Virus record (IMG/VR): IMGVR_UViG_3300025849_000022
Coordinates: 24,309 to 88,308 of that record
Strand: one strand, 5' to 3'
Length of the DNA stretch: 64,000 nt
Source: a virus
The position numbers and the translations under genes were made by a program. Shown here in pieces: positions 30,111-40,109 of the stretch. Position 1 is the first letter of the stretch; every line of letters begins with the position of its first letter. Below the pieces are notes generated by a model, which was given only the letters and a program-made list of their open reading frames with translations, was not told where the DNA came from and did not search any database.

Positions 30111-31037
30111 TTAACTCATCGCATTCATTTCTAATTCGACTAATGTTGCACTAAGGTTAATCTCTGGGTCAGCACATGATACACTTTTAACCATACCATC
30201 TCTAATGATAACAATACTTTGATCTTGCTTCAATGGATCAGTACCCCAAAGTTCTAAGTTCCTATACAAAAACTTAAACACATCTTCATACTCTTCTGGT
30301 CTTGCCTGATCGCAAATAAGTGTTCTTGCTTCTTTGTACTTGCCTGCTTTAAACAAGTCTACCATGGACAGCATCCAGTCGCTTTGTGCGGCATCGCCGT
30401 CCTGAGGACTTTGTAAAACTCCGTCTACCACATTTTGCTGTACCAAGTTGATGCTCTTACGAAGATCTGGATAACTTGCTTGTACATAAGTGTCGAGAGT
30501 TTCTAAATCTATCTGTACGTCCTCCTCTACACAGATAGTTGCTATCCTGGCCGTAAATTCATTTACGTCTAGTTTCTCAATATGGAAACCTTGGGACCTA
30601 CTATGAAGGGCCGGGATAATTCTTTGTGGGTAGTTACATGTTAGTATGAACCTAGCAGTTGTGTGATACATTTCCATCATACCACGTAACGCCGCCTGCC
30701 CATTGGGAGTAATGTAATCTGCTTCATCTAGCAATACATACTTAAACTCACCAAACGGCATAGTACTCACAAAGTTTGTGATTCTATCTCTAATAACATC
30801 AATGCCGTTTTCGTTACTAGCATTAATTTCAAGTACATCAAATTGATCTACTTTTAAACTGTGTAGCAATAGTTTTGCTAATGTTGTTTTACCTGTACCA
30901 GGTGCTCCGCTAAACAGTAAGTGAGGCAATGCTCCGTCACTAATCCAGCCTTCTATTTGCTTACGTTGATTAACATCTCTAAACACATAGCCGTCTACGG
31001 TGTTAGGTCTATATTTCTCTACCCATAATTCTTTCAT
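30111..31037 (-). CDS. gp44: clamp loader AAA+ subunit (RFC small subunit / T4 gp44-like)
   Basis: LWVEKYRP, GAPGTGKT, INAS, LDEADY, FILTCNY. Confidence 0.93.
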   Translation of the reverse strand: MKELWVEKYRPNTVDGYVFRDVNQRKQIEGWISDGALPHLLFSGAPGTGKTTLAKLLLHSLKVDQFDVLEINASNENGIDVIRDRITNFVSTMPFGEFKYVLLDEADYITPNGQAALRGMMEMYHTTARFILTCNYPQRIIPALHSRSQGFHIEKLDVNEFTARIATICVEEDVQIDLETLDTYVQASYPDLRKSINLVQQNVVDGVLQSPQDGDAAQSDWMLSMVDLFKAGKYKEARTLICDQARPEEYEDVFKFLYRNLELWGTDPLKQDQSIVIIRDGMVKSVSCADPEINLSATLVELEMNAMS

Positions 31038-31276
31038 TTAAAAACCTCAATAGTTGTTGTGTCGTTATGATCATTTAAAAGAAAGTTGCGTGACTTTGTT
31101 ACTTTCTTAACAGCACCTTCAACTCTATAATATGTAACTAACTCTTGCTTAATCACATCTTTACTTGCTATAGGATATAATCCGTTTGCATTTGCATGAT
31201 TAGAGTCATCTGTATAGTCATCAGTTTCCTGTGCATCGTACAGTTCGTCAAATAAGTTACCTTGTTTCATATGCAT
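31034..31276 (-). CDS. hypothetical protein
   Basis: ORF after a TTGACT-17-TATAAT promoter. Confidence 0.65.
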   Translation of the reverse strand: MHMKQGNLFDELYDAQETDDYTDDSNHANANGLYPIASKDVIKQELVTYYRVEGAVKKVTKSRNFLLNDHNDTTTIEVFK

Positions 31277-31316
31277 TCCTTTTGTGTATTATAAACTATT
31301 TGTGGAGAGAAGTCAA

Positions 31317-32075
31317 CTATTTTTCGTATCCAAAGCACTCAAAGTCTTGTTTCCAATATTCTGCAATTTTTTCTCTATTGTTATTATGATCTAGTAATTG
31401 CATAAAATCTGCTGTTGTTCTATTATCACTTGGATGTCTAGCATGAAAATTATTTGCTCTATATATTTGTGTTTCCTTGCCTATAATTAACTTTGATACT
31501 TCCGGCCAACGTTCTACAAGTTCTTCTTGTTTTAAAACAAAATCAAAGAATTCTATGTTAGACGGGTCATTGTCTAAGACTGTGTGGATCAAAGGTTCGT
31601 TGACCAATGTAACTTGCCACCAATGTTTTGCCTGGTTACCTCCTAAGTAATCACACATTTCATCTAAGAAAAATGTAAATGCGTCTATGTGCTTGTCCAT
31701 ATCGTCAGTCATTTTATACATAGACATATCTATTTGAGTAGAATGATCTGCATTAGGTGGTGGCTGATTAGGGTGATCCGGATCACTTACATTTACAGGA
31801 AATGCAGGAGCATAATGCCAAATGTCTGCTAGATATCCTGCTACTACTCTTGTGTATGGGTTACGACAAAATGTTACTTTAGGTGCATCTAGTATATCAT
31901 TTTCTACTACGTCAAACAAATCATAGTTTATAGACCAATTGTCGCCTGACAAGTCCAGATAGTTTTCTCTACCTATGTATGTTTGAAGCCATAAGTTTAA
32001 GGAGTTTGATCCGCAACGTCTACCTTTAACAAACACAAACGGATGTGCTTGTTTTTTACCAATTAAAATTTCCAT
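31317..32075 (-). CDS. sulfotransferase-family (Sulfotransfer_2-like) protein
   Basis: RRCGSNSL (5'-PSB-like), TFCRNPYTRVVAGY, terminal DFECFGY. Confidence 0.65.
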   Translation of the reverse strand: MEILIGKKQAHPFVFVKGRRCGSNSLNLWLQTYIGRENYLDLSGDNWSINYDLFDVVENDILDAPKVTFCRNPYTRVVAGYLADIWHYAPAFPVNVSDPDHPNQPPPNADHSTQIDMSMYKMTDDMDKHIDAFTFFLDEMCDYLGGNQAKHWWQVTLVNEPLIHTVLDNDPSNIEFFDFVLKQEELVERWPEVSKLIIGKETQIYRANNFHARHPSDNRTTADFMQLLDHNNNREKIAEYWKQDFECFGYEK

Positions 32076-32863
32076 TATTTTTCATATCCAAAACATTCAA
32101 AGTCATTGCTCCAACAGTCTGCAATCTTCTCTTTGTTATTATTATAGTCTAACACATAACTAAAATCTATTTTTGTCTTTGTATTTTGATGCCTGTCATT
32201 GAATGTGTTTACATTATTTAATGGTACTTCCTTGCCTAATATCTTATTGCTTATTGCTGGAAAGGTTGTTGCTATTTCTTCTTGCTTGATTATATGATCA
32301 AAGAATTGCACATTGTCTTTGTCATTATCTAGTACTGTATGGAACAAAGGCAATGTAACACTTGTATTCTGCCACCAGTAGTTGTTAGGTGTGTACACAT
32401 AGGAATCAGACTTTGTAGAGTCTACCCTTTGATTATATTCCATAAGTGTATCTAAAAAGAATGTAAAGTTTTCTATGTGAATTTCTTTATCTTCAGTAAT
32501 CTTATATGCTGAATGGTCAATTGATTTCTCAGGATTCATTGGTTCTGGTTGATTAGGGTGTGTAAGATCACTTGGGTTGGCTGGTAAGTCTCTAGCCAGA
32601 TGCCATATATCTACATGGTAACTTGCTATTAGTCTGGAGTAAGGGTTACGACAAAAAGTTACTTTAGTTCCTGCAAGTATATCGTCTTCGACAATATTGA
32701 ATAGACTGTAGTTGTTACACCAGTTATCACCTGCTATAAGAACATAGTTATCTTTGCCTACATTATCATCTAGCCATGCATCAAGACTATTACTACCGCA
32801 TCTTCTTGCTTTGATAAAAATGAAAGGATTAGGATAATCCTTATTGCTAACAATAATTTCCAT
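32075..32863 (-). CDS. sulfotransferase-family protein, tandem paralogue of 31317..32075
   Basis: RRCGSNSL, TFCRNPYSRLIASY, identical DFECFGYEK end. Confidence 0.65.
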   Translation of the reverse strand: MEIIVSNKDYPNPFIFIKARRCGSNSLDAWLDDNVGKDNYVLIAGDNWCNNYSLFNIVEDDILAGTKVTFCRNPYSRLIASYHVDIWHLARDLPANPSDLTHPNQPEPMNPEKSIDHSAYKITEDKEIHIENFTFFLDTLMEYNQRVDSTKSDSYVYTPNNYWWQNTSVTLPLFHTVLDNDKDNVQFFDHIIKQEEIATTFPAISNKILGKEVPLNNVNTFNDRHQNTKTKIDFSYVLDYNNNKEKIADCWSNDFECFGYEK

Positions 32864-33108
32864 TATTTGTTTTTTCTTTTAAGTTTTTGTTCTATTTCTT
32901 TTTTGTTGTGTTCGTGTAAGAATTTATCTTCATCTACATAAGTAGGCGCATTCTCTAATGCTTTTTTGGCTTGCCAGTATACTTGATAGATCTTTTTCTT
33001 ACAACCCCAACCGTTGTATCCATCAATGTTTGGATCATGCATAACACCTTCCCATTGCCATAGTTGTTCTGCTATTGCTTTGTTACCTGTTTTTTCAATG
33101 TACGGCAT
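32863..33108 (-). CDS. hypothetical protein
   Basis: 81-aa coupled ORF. Confidence 0.65.
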   Translation of the reverse strand: MPYIEKTGNKAIAEQLWQWEGVMHDPNIDGYNGWGCKKKIYQVYWQAKKALENAPTYVDEDKFLHEHNKKEIEQKLKRKNK

Positions 33109-33355
33109 GTGCTTTTCTTAATTCTTTATTTTTAAACCAAACTCTTACAAAATATTTTCTTGTAATAGCAACCAGTGTGAACCAAAATGTTAAGAACACA
33201 GAAGTCCAAAAGATAATGTCTCCTTCACTTTCTAAATTAGGTATGAATGTTCTATTGGCAATATATAATAACAACATGTTTAGCGGAAAGTTAATAACTA
33301 ATGCTATTGCTGTATCGCCTACTGACTCTTTTAATGATTGTGTATCTATGCTCAC
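33095..33355 (-). CDS. small 2-TM membrane protein
   Basis: two hydrophobic segments. Confidence 0.65.
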   Translation of the reverse strand: MSIDTQSLKESVGDTAIALVINFPLNMLLLYIANRTFIPNLESEGDIIFWTSVFLTFWFTLVAITRKYFVRVWFKNKELRKAHAVH

Positions 33356-33870
33356 ACTTCACCAGATTCAGTGTAAATTTCTTGTTTGGCAGTCTGTTTA
33401 GCAGTAAACACTCTTTGATCATCTCTTAATGAAGATGTGACTTGCTGGCTTTCATAGTATTCTGTTGGCAGTACACTTCCTGGGAAATACCCAAGTACAC
33501 CGTCATGATAGTCTACTTTCCAAAACATAAATTTATCATTGTATCTGGCTCCTGAAGAAACATGTTTGTCTACATCTTCAGGCATCACACCAATTGTTTC
33601 TGAGAGTTGCTCTCGATATTCATCAATTGGTAATTGTATATTAGGTGTCCATCTACCGTGTTTAACTACTACCCAGTAACCCGGCTTGAGTTCGTCTCCA
33701 AACTTTTCTCTGATAGTTGTTCCTACACTAAACACCTGGAACCATCTGCTTCTCACACCTGATTCCTTGCTGTCATCGTTTGGTATAATAATACCACTGG
33801 CTAGTTTCTTCTCTCCGAAGTCGCCATTTATACATAAAAGGTTGTCACCTATTGCTTTTAATCTAGTCAT
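33352..33870 (-). CDS. groES: GroES-like co-chaperonin (T4 gp31-type) with extension
   Basis: LKAIGDNLL...EKKLASGIIIP...VFSVG...LKPGYWVVV. Confidence 0.7.
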   Translation of the reverse strand: MTRLKAIGDNLLCINGDFGEKKLASGIIIPNDDSKESGVRSRWFQVFSVGTTIREKFGDELKPGYWVVVKHGRWTPNIQLPIDEYREQLSETIGVMPEDVDKHVSSGARYNDKFMFWKVDYHDGVLGYFPGSVLPTEYYESQQVTSSLRDDQRVFTAKQTAKQEIYTESGEV

Positions 33871-34381
33871 CTTCTTCCCAGTCGTCTTCAAATAACGGCA
33901 CCATTTCTATATCTCCATTGGGCAATTCCACCTCCTTATACCCTATTGGTTCTTTACTTTGTGCTTGTGCTTTTGATTTTGCAACCTGTGTTTTAGTAAG
34001 TTCTTCTACATCTTTTTCTTCTTGCATCTTAATTGGTTCTACAGGTTCTTTTTTAACTACTGGGTCTGGCTGTACTTTAGCCTCTGACTTGCCTGTGGCG
34101 GCAGTCTTTACTTCTGGTGATAAATCAGATGGTTCTGCATTTACGCCACTAAATGATGGTTGTGCGTTTTTAATGCTGACTTGCCCTGATTCGGAACCAT
34201 TAGCATTTTTATAATGATCTCTTGCTCTTTGATCGGCAGTCTTTATTATTTGACCACCAGGGCCAATGAGGTCTCCTTTACCGTTCACAGACATATTGCC
34301 AATAGCAGGAGCATCGCCTTGTTGAGCGATAATAGATTCCATGTCTATGACTTTGCCTTTACTTGTTAAATGTTTACTCAT
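33863..34381 (-). CDS. hypothetical protein
   Basis: GNMSVNGKGDLIGPGG motif, low-complexity tail. Confidence 0.7.
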   Translation of the reverse strand: MSKHLTSKGKVIDMESIIAQQGDAPAIGNMSVNGKGDLIGPGGQIIKTADQRARDHYKNANGSESGQVSIKNAQPSFSGVNAEPSDLSPEVKTAATGKSEAKVQPDPVVKKEPVEPIKMQEEKDVEELTKTQVAKSKAQAQSKEPIGYKEVELPNGDIEMVPLFEDDWEEDD

Positions 34382-34910
34382 CTTTTAAAAATTCCTTAAT
34401 ATCTAAATTGTATTTAAGGCTATCAACCTTGTGTACACCAAGTAAGTATAATACATAACTTGCTACACTACTGCCTCTACCAACACCCCAGACTATTTTA
34501 TGCTTTCGCATGGTATCAATAATATATATCAACGCCCTTAGAATGGGATATAGGTTCCTGGACCTATATTGTTCTAATTCTTCTACTACTCTATTTATTT
34601 GTTCTTGGGTAGGCTCAGGTGGTAGTTCGTGGACCACATACTCATCAATGTCTATGTCTTTGTAGTGATCTGGTATCATCCATTGAGATTGCATACTGCT
34701 ATGGTATGTATCTACATCAATGCCCATGTTGGCTAATAGTTGCAATGCATCTATTCCTAGTTCATTGCAATTACTATTAAAAGTGTTTATGTCATTGGTA
34801 GATATAAAGTCTATACCATCCAACACTTTGTTATTATATAGCAACTCAATGCCAGTGTTTTCGCAGTTTTGACTTCTACTAAATTTATCTAAACTATCTT
34901 TGGTTTCCAT
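34374..34910 (-). CDS. stand-alone DnaE (Pol III alpha)-like fragment
   Basis: RVVEEL...WGVGRGSSVASYVLYLLGVHKVDSLKYNL; no catalytic DxD region. Confidence 0.75.
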   Translation of the reverse strand: METKDSLDKFSRSQNCENTGIELLYNNKVLDGIDFISTNDINTFNSNCNELGIDALQLLANMGIDVDTYHSSMQSQWMIPDHYKDIDIDEYVVHELPPEPTQEQINRVVEELEQYRSRNLYPILRALIYIIDTMRKHKIVWGVGRGSSVASYVLYLLGVHKVDSLKYNLDIKEFLKDE

Positions 34911-35629
34911 GCTTTCTTTTTGTATTCGTCTAAATTAATAATTTCGCCTGTGTCTCTGGATTCTGGATCAAGTATTGTTCTAACTTTGTTTGCTATAGTT
35001 TCAAATGGCTCTGTTACATGATGCTGTGTATTTTCAAAATGGTTTGCCATAAAGTCGTCATACTCTTCCTGGTCTTTTGCACTACCATCATATGTGGATA
35101 TATCATTTCTAAACCACCATGCTATTTCATTAAACTTTATACCATCTATCATTGTATCAATACCAGGCAAATACTCATAATTTAATTCATCATCTGTATA
35201 AGTATAACTGGTTTTTGTTCTTAAGTCAATGATTTCTACATTACCTATGTAACAATGTTCTGTAATTGCATTAAACTTAGAGTGCAAAATTACATTTAGA
35301 CATGCATCACCTGTGCTAGGCACATATACTAATGGATTATCAACATCCATGCAATTCTTTAATACAAAATTAGCACCATTAGGATCAAACACTATTGCAT
35401 TATCAAATACTGCTTCTAGCATAAAGTTCATTTTGTGAAAGTTTAGTGAATGATAGAATGAAACTTCTTTTTCTTTGAACCCTTCTTCTGGTATTGATGT
35501 AAATTCTATATTGATCGTATATGGTATTATATCTAAAGAGTACATAGTATCTTCTGCGTTAGATATTACTTTTATCATATAGATATCTTTTGTTATTGTG
35601 GTGTAATTATTTCTTGTTGTTATATACAT
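34889..35629 (-). CDS. hypothetical protein
   Basis: long ORF; true start may be 35578. Confidence 0.7.
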   Translation of the reverse strand: MYITTRNNYTTITKDIYMIKVISNAEDTMYSLDIIPYTINIEFTSIPEEGFKEKEVSFYHSLNFHKMNFMLEAVFDNAIVFDPNGANFVLKNCMDVDNPLVYVPSTGDACLNVILHSKFNAITEHCYIGNVEIIDLRTKTSYTYTDDELNYEYLPGIDTMIDGIKFNEIAWWFRNDISTYDGSAKDQEEYDDFMANHFENTQHHVTEPFETIANKVRTILDPESRDTGEIINLDEYKKKAWKPKIV

Positions 35630-35936
35630 AATGTTGTGCTAATAATTTTGTAATTGCTGTTTGTCTTAATTCTTCTTTAACTTCTTCTGGTACAGGATCA
35701 GGTTGCACTTGCATTTCACCTTCGCCTATTTCGTACACACCAACACCTTCTTCAATATCTTTTTTAGCCATTGCTAATTGCATACGTTCTCTATATTCAA
35801 AATTTGCTTCGTTAATATATTCTTCTAATTGCCTAAATGCAGGATAGTTTGGATTTGCAGTTAGCAACTTCTTAGACAACGTATCAATATGGTTAAGAAG
35901 TGCTTCGTCATCGTAGTTACTAAAATCGTTAAACAT
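35607..35936 (-). CDS. hypothetical protein
   Basis: 109-aa coupled ORF. Confidence 0.65.
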   Translation of the reverse strand: MFNDFSNYDDEALLNHIDTLSKKLLTANPNYPAFRQLEEYINEANFEYRERMQLAMAKKDIEEGVGVYEIGEGEMQVQPDPVPEEVKEELRQTAITKLLAQHYVYNNKK

Positions 35937-36219
35937 TCTTTACCTTTAGTAGATACTTGTAGTAATCTTTTTTGTTCTTAAAACCTATTTGTCTTCCTCT
36001 AATCATTACATTATATATCTTTAACTTTTCTTTTTTACAAAACTCTCTTGATAAATGTTTGTGTTCATTACTATTTATGGGGGCCTTGTACTCAAAGGAC
36101 TCCCATAGTGATATCATTCCAGCGGTACGCTCTTCAAGTGTAGCATCTAATTTACCAAAGATAATATTGCTTTCTTCGTCAGAGTAAACTTGACTCAGTT
36201 GTTTCGTAAAATTTGTCAT
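35929..36219 (-). CDS. hypothetical protein
   Basis: 96-aa coupled ORF. Confidence 0.55.
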   Translation of the reverse strand: MTNFTKQLSQVYSDEESNIIFGKLDATLEERTAGMISLWESFEYKAPINSNEHKHLSREFCKKEKLKIYNVMIRGRQIGFKNKKDYYKYLLKVKNV

Positions 36220-37012
36220 AGTTAGTTTGACTCAATGTATTAAATGCAAAACGTTGGCTAAAGATCATGTCTAAGTTTGGTAAGGCATTCTTAACACAAA
36301 ACTCAATAGCAAAATTTTGATTCCGGCCTCCTATAGATAGTTGGTAATTATTAATAATACTTTCTGTAAATCCTGCAGGTAATTTGTAATTATTTAACTT
36401 TGATCTACCTGGATTGACTATGTTATAGTCTTCAAAAGACAGTTGTGACCTAAGGTGTTTAATGTCCCTTACGCCTACATACGCCGTCTGTAACGCATTA
36501 TAATCTGCCTCTACGAACTTAATAATGCTTCTGTTGTTAGGACTTGTTAAAAGGGTGTATTTTTCCTCTTGTTCCTGGATTTGCCATTCCCAATTAGACA
36601 TATAAAAGTTTATAGTTTCTTCCATATTATTTGTATGATACACTAGACCATAAAAATTAATTAGTTCACTTGGAGTAACTTGACGAACATTTTTTCTATC
36701 GAAGGAGTCATTAAGATATGATTCCATTGCATGTTCGCCGGCAACTGTTAATGAAAAACCATTTGGATCTTCTAATTCTTGGAACCCATCGGGTTCATCA
36801 CTGTAAAATCCTAATCCATATATACCACTGCTTTCATTTATAACTGTTTTTACATGCAGTATTACGCCACCAGCGGTATGCCAAGATGATATATCTTCCA
36901 AACTTTCGTTTGCTTGTCTAAAGCCTAGTGATAAAAAGTTGTCAAATATGTCAGGATCTTGTATTGAATTTTTATATTTTAAGAATGTTAGATCAATCGA
37001 TGGTTTTGTCAT
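36179..37012 (-). CDS. VOC/glyoxalase-fold-like hypothetical protein
   Basis: GLVYHTNNMEETINFY...W pattern; GAGGAG RBS before MTKPSID. Confidence 0.5.
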   Translation of the reverse strand: MTKPSIDLTFLKYKNSIQDPDIFDNFLSLGFRQANESLEDISSWHTAGGVILHVKTVINESSGIYGLGFYSDEPDGFQELEDPNGFSLTVAGEHAMESYLNDSFDRKNVRQVTPSELINFYGLVYHTNNMEETINFYMSNWEWQIQEQEEKYTLLTSPNNRSIIKFVEADYNALQTAYVGVRDIKHLRSQLSFEDYNIVNPGRSKLNNYKLPAGFTESIINNYQLSIGGRNQNFAIEFCVKNALPNLDMIFSQRFAFNTLSQTNYDKFYETTESSLL

Positions 37013-37157
37013 TGTCCTGCTCCTCAGCAGTATCGCAAGACTGGCAACATTCTGGTGTTCCGCATAAGGCATGGAGCACACCGTCTTCGTCGTAGCCTTC
37101 TTTGTTTACTTTCTTAGGTGTATAGATTTTTGGTTGAAATTCTTTTAATTGGTCCAT
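36993..37157 (-). CDS. unannotated 54-aa Cys-cluster protein
   Basis: MDQLKEF...HALCGTPECCQSCD; ATG 5 nt after GATAAATA. Confidence 0.65.
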   Translation of the reverse strand: MDQLKEFQPKIYTPKKVNKEGYDEDGVLHALCGTPECCQSCDTAEEQDNDKTID

Positions 37158-37177
37158 ACAGATATTTATCTGTTTTA

Positions 37178-37768
37178 CTATGGACGTTTGTCAACAATCT
37201 CGTCTATCAACCCATACTCTAATGCCTCAGTGGCAGTCATAAAGTTATCACGTTCAATATCCTTATTAACTTCATCAAACGTTTTACCTTTACTATTATG
37301 CTTTACATAAATCTCTGTTAATTCTGTTCGCATTCTGCGTATTTCTTGTGCCGCAATTTCGATGTCTGTTTGCTGTCCTCTTGCACCACCACTTGGTTGA
37401 TGTATCATATGTCTTGCTTTTGGTAGCATATATCTTTTACCAGGTGCTCCTGCTGTTGCAAGTAAACTGCCCATACTACATGCCTGGCCCATCACAATAG
37501 TTGATACATCTGATTTAATGTATTGCATTGTGTCGTACATTGCCATACCACTTGTAACTACTCCGCCTGGAGAGTTGATATAAAAATTAATATCTTCACT
37601 GCTGTCTTCTGCTTCTAAGAATAGTAACTGAGCACAAATGCTATTTGATACTTGGTCGTTTACTTCGCCGTTTAAAAATACAATTCTTTCTTTTAAAAGT
37701 CTGCTGTAGATATCGTAACTACGCTCTCCGCCTGCTACTTTCTCTACTACATAAGGTATAAAATTCAT
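37178..37768 (-). CDS. clpP: ClpP protease proteolytic subunit
   Basis: [25 protein letters not shown] (Ser), MIHQP (His), ERDNF (Asp). Confidence 0.97.
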   Translation of the reverse strand: MNFIPYVVEKVAGGERSYDIYSRLLKERIVFLNGEVNDQVSNSICAQLLFLEAEDSSEDINFYINSPGGVVTSGMAMYDTMQYIKSDVSTIVMGQACSMGSLLATAGAPGKRYMLPKARHMIHQPSGGARGQQTDIEIAAQEIRRMRTELTEIYVKHNSKGKTFDEVNKDIERDNFMTATEALEYGLIDEIVDKRP

Positions 37769-37776
37769 TGTTGCTC

Positions 37777-38907
37777 CTAGTTAATATCTCCCCACCTTCT
37801 TTTGTTTGGCGGGAATGCTTTGTAGTTATTTATAGATTCATATTTTTGATCTGGTACCATTTTGATGATATCAGGAAAAGTGTTTTCTATAATAACTTTG
37901 TGTATTGTACTATGAAATGTTTGTTGCGTCAAGTCATTAACAGATAGACCTAACATTAATTGTGGTATTTCTGGCACTCGCCATGGTGATATTATATTGT
38001 GATAGTCTATAGAAAGTATTTCTTTGTTGTGTAATATTTGATTAAGTACAAATTTCTTTGCTTCAATTAAATCTGTACCTTCGTATATAGGAAAGTCGTC
38101 AGGTATAGTTTCGCTGATATGAAAATTATACAGGTAGGAGCCAGAATGTTTATTTAATTCTTCATGATAGTCTAAACCAAAGCAATTCATTATAGAACTA
38201 GCATGGTGCGGAAACCTCAATGTTTCAATGCCTCCTGCAAATCCTGTTAGCATTGCTGTAAAAGGTTCACCAACTAAACATTCTTTATAGGCAATATATT
38301 TGTTTAAGTACTCATTATACAATGGTGTTCTATAATTTTTTGTGTGTATTTTAACAAGGTCAGGTATTTCTAATCCACTTGTAGAATAATTTATAGGTAT
38401 AGGAAATTTATATTTTTTGATAATTGCTAGGACTACTGCTGTATCTAACCCTCCGCTAAAAAACAATAAAGATTTATTATATTTAGAACAAGCAGATGAT
38501 ATTCTTTCTGCTATTTTTTCCTCTATTATATTTGCGGCTGATTCAAATGTTACATCTTTAAATTTAAAATCAGGAATAATTGATTCAGTGAAATGAGATT
38601 CACCGTCGTATTTAAAATGATCTATACTGCAAGGTGAGTTATTATTGTAGAAGCAATGATTATTAGTTAATAATAATCCTGTGTTATTATTAAAATATGT
38701 TTTACTTTGATGATAAAAAGGCATAGATATATCTATAGTGTTATCAGCAATATCAATTTTTACATATTCATACTCATGCCCTTTATAAAAACCTGTGTTA
38801 GTTGTTTTCCAATGACTATCTAGATAAAGGCAAACATTGTCATTCTTGTACATGCATGTTAAGAATTTTGGTTTAGGATAATCTTTCTTAGCAAGTAAGA
38901 ATATCAT
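37777..38907 (-). CDS. asparagine-synthetase/PP-loop ATPase-like protein
   Basis: [11 protein letters not shown]-loop. Confidence 0.55.
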   Translation of the reverse strand: MIFLLAKKDYPKPKFLTCMYKNDNVCLYLDSHWKTTNTGFYKGHEYEYVKIDIADNTIDISMPFYHQSKTYFNNNTGLLLTNNHCFYNNNSPCSIDHFKYDGESHFTESIIPDFKFKDVTFESAANIIEEKIAERISSACSKYNKSLLFFSGGLDTAVVLAIIKKYKFPIPINYSTSGLEIPDLVKIHTKNYRTPLYNEYLNKYIAYKECLVGEPFTAMLTGFAGGIETLRFPHHASSIMNCFGLDYHEELNKHSGSYLYNFHISETIPDDFPIYEGTDLIEAKKFVLNQILHNKEILSIDYHNIISPWRVPEIPQLMLGLSVNDLTQQTFHSTIHKVIIENTFPDIIKMVPDQKYESINNYKAFPPNKRRWGDIN

Positions 38908-39443
38908 CTTCCCTCAATAGACCAGTGTTGATAAACACCTTGTACACATACTGCTTGGTAGTATGCGTCTTCGTCTGCACTATGTAAATTCTGTTGTATG
39001 GCTTTGCGTGGATCAACAGGCATCATATTAAATATTGTTCTGCAATCCATTACTTGCCAGAAGGCCCAATTCATGTGATGATCAAACTGCTTGTATAAAT
39101 TCTCTAATATTACCATATCGAACTGAGGACCTTGACACCATATTTTATCAACACCCACTAAATATTTATTGAGATCTTTAAAAAACACTTCAAGTGGTAC
39201 CCTGCCTTCCTCTGTGAATGCTTCGTCTTGAATATGTTGTGGTTGTCCTGCCCACCATTGCAATGTACTTTCAAGCACACTTCTATCAGCAGTCATTTGC
39301 TCATCAGCACTAGGTCGCCAAAGTGTTTTAGCATGTGGGTCTGTTAGTTTATACGGATCAAACTTTACTGCACCTACAGACAATACAACACAATCAGGCT
39401 CAGTGCCTAGTGTTTCTATATCTATCATTGCATGTGTGGCCAT
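38904..39443 (-). CDS. DEDD 3'-5' exonuclease (DexA/DUF5051-like)
   Basis: MIDIETLG, WCQGPQFD, DCRT, HSADEDA. Confidence 0.8.
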   Translation of the reverse strand: MATHAMIDIETLGTEPDCVVLSVGAVKFDPYKLTDPHAKTLWRPSADEQMTADRSVLESTLQWWAGQPQHIQDEAFTEEGRVPLEVFFKDLNKYLVGVDKIWCQGPQFDMVILENLYKQFDHHMNWAFWQVMDCRTIFNMMPVDPRKAIQQNLHSADEDAYYQAVCVQGVYQHWSIEGR

Positions 39444-39479
39444 ACGAATACTCCAGTAAAGTACTATTATATGGAATTT

Positions 39480-40109
39480 TTATAGAAAAGTCAAGTCTTT
39501 TTTGCTTAACCAAGTAATAAATGATCTGCGTTCGCCGGAAGTTACTTCGGTGATCTCATGTGGAACATGACCGCCATTAAATAAACACACAAAGCCTTTT
39601 AGTTTAGGCAAAATCCAGTCACCTATAACAACATCTCCGCCAGTATATTCGTTTTCATCTGATAATTGAATAATCAATGTCCATTCACGTTTTTTAAGTA
39701 TTTCAGTATCACCGGAATCAATGTGGTTTTTCAAAAAGTCACCTGTTTGATATCTAATAACTTTTGCCCATTGATCAAAGTTACCACATACCCAATGATC
39801 CAACTTACTTTTTAAAAAGTCTCTAGCAATAATAACATCATTACCAAAGTAAGGATTTGAATGGGCATCAGCAAGGTCAACTCTGGTTTCAGTTCTTTTA
39901 CTCATATCTGGTCTGTATTTTTCCTCAACCTCAACAATTTTGTTGTCTTCCATAGAGATATTAAATACAGTTGCTTGATGAAAAGGATGTTTGGGAAATT
40001 GATTATAAATTATATCACACTCTTCTGGTGTAAATATTTGACCTTGTACTCTGTTAAGAACTCTGCGTTCAGGATTATGTTTAAAAAATTCCTCTTTAGA
40101 GGTAAACAC
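39480..40109 (-). CDS. 2OG-Fe(II) oxygenase (PKHD / prolyl-4-hydroxylase-like)
   Basis: HID, QLS...YTGG, HEITEVTSGERRS. Confidence 0.85.
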   Translation of the reverse strand: MFTSKEEFFKHNPERRVLNRVQGQIFTPEECDIIYNQFPKHPFHQATVFNISMEDNKIVEVEEKYRPDMSKRTETRVDLADAHSNPYFGNDVIIARDFLKSKLDHWVCGNFDQWAKVIRYQTGDFLKNHIDSGDTEILKKREWTLIIQLSDENEYTGGDVVIGDWILPKLKGFVCLFNGGHVPHEITEVTSGERRSFITWLSKKDLTFL

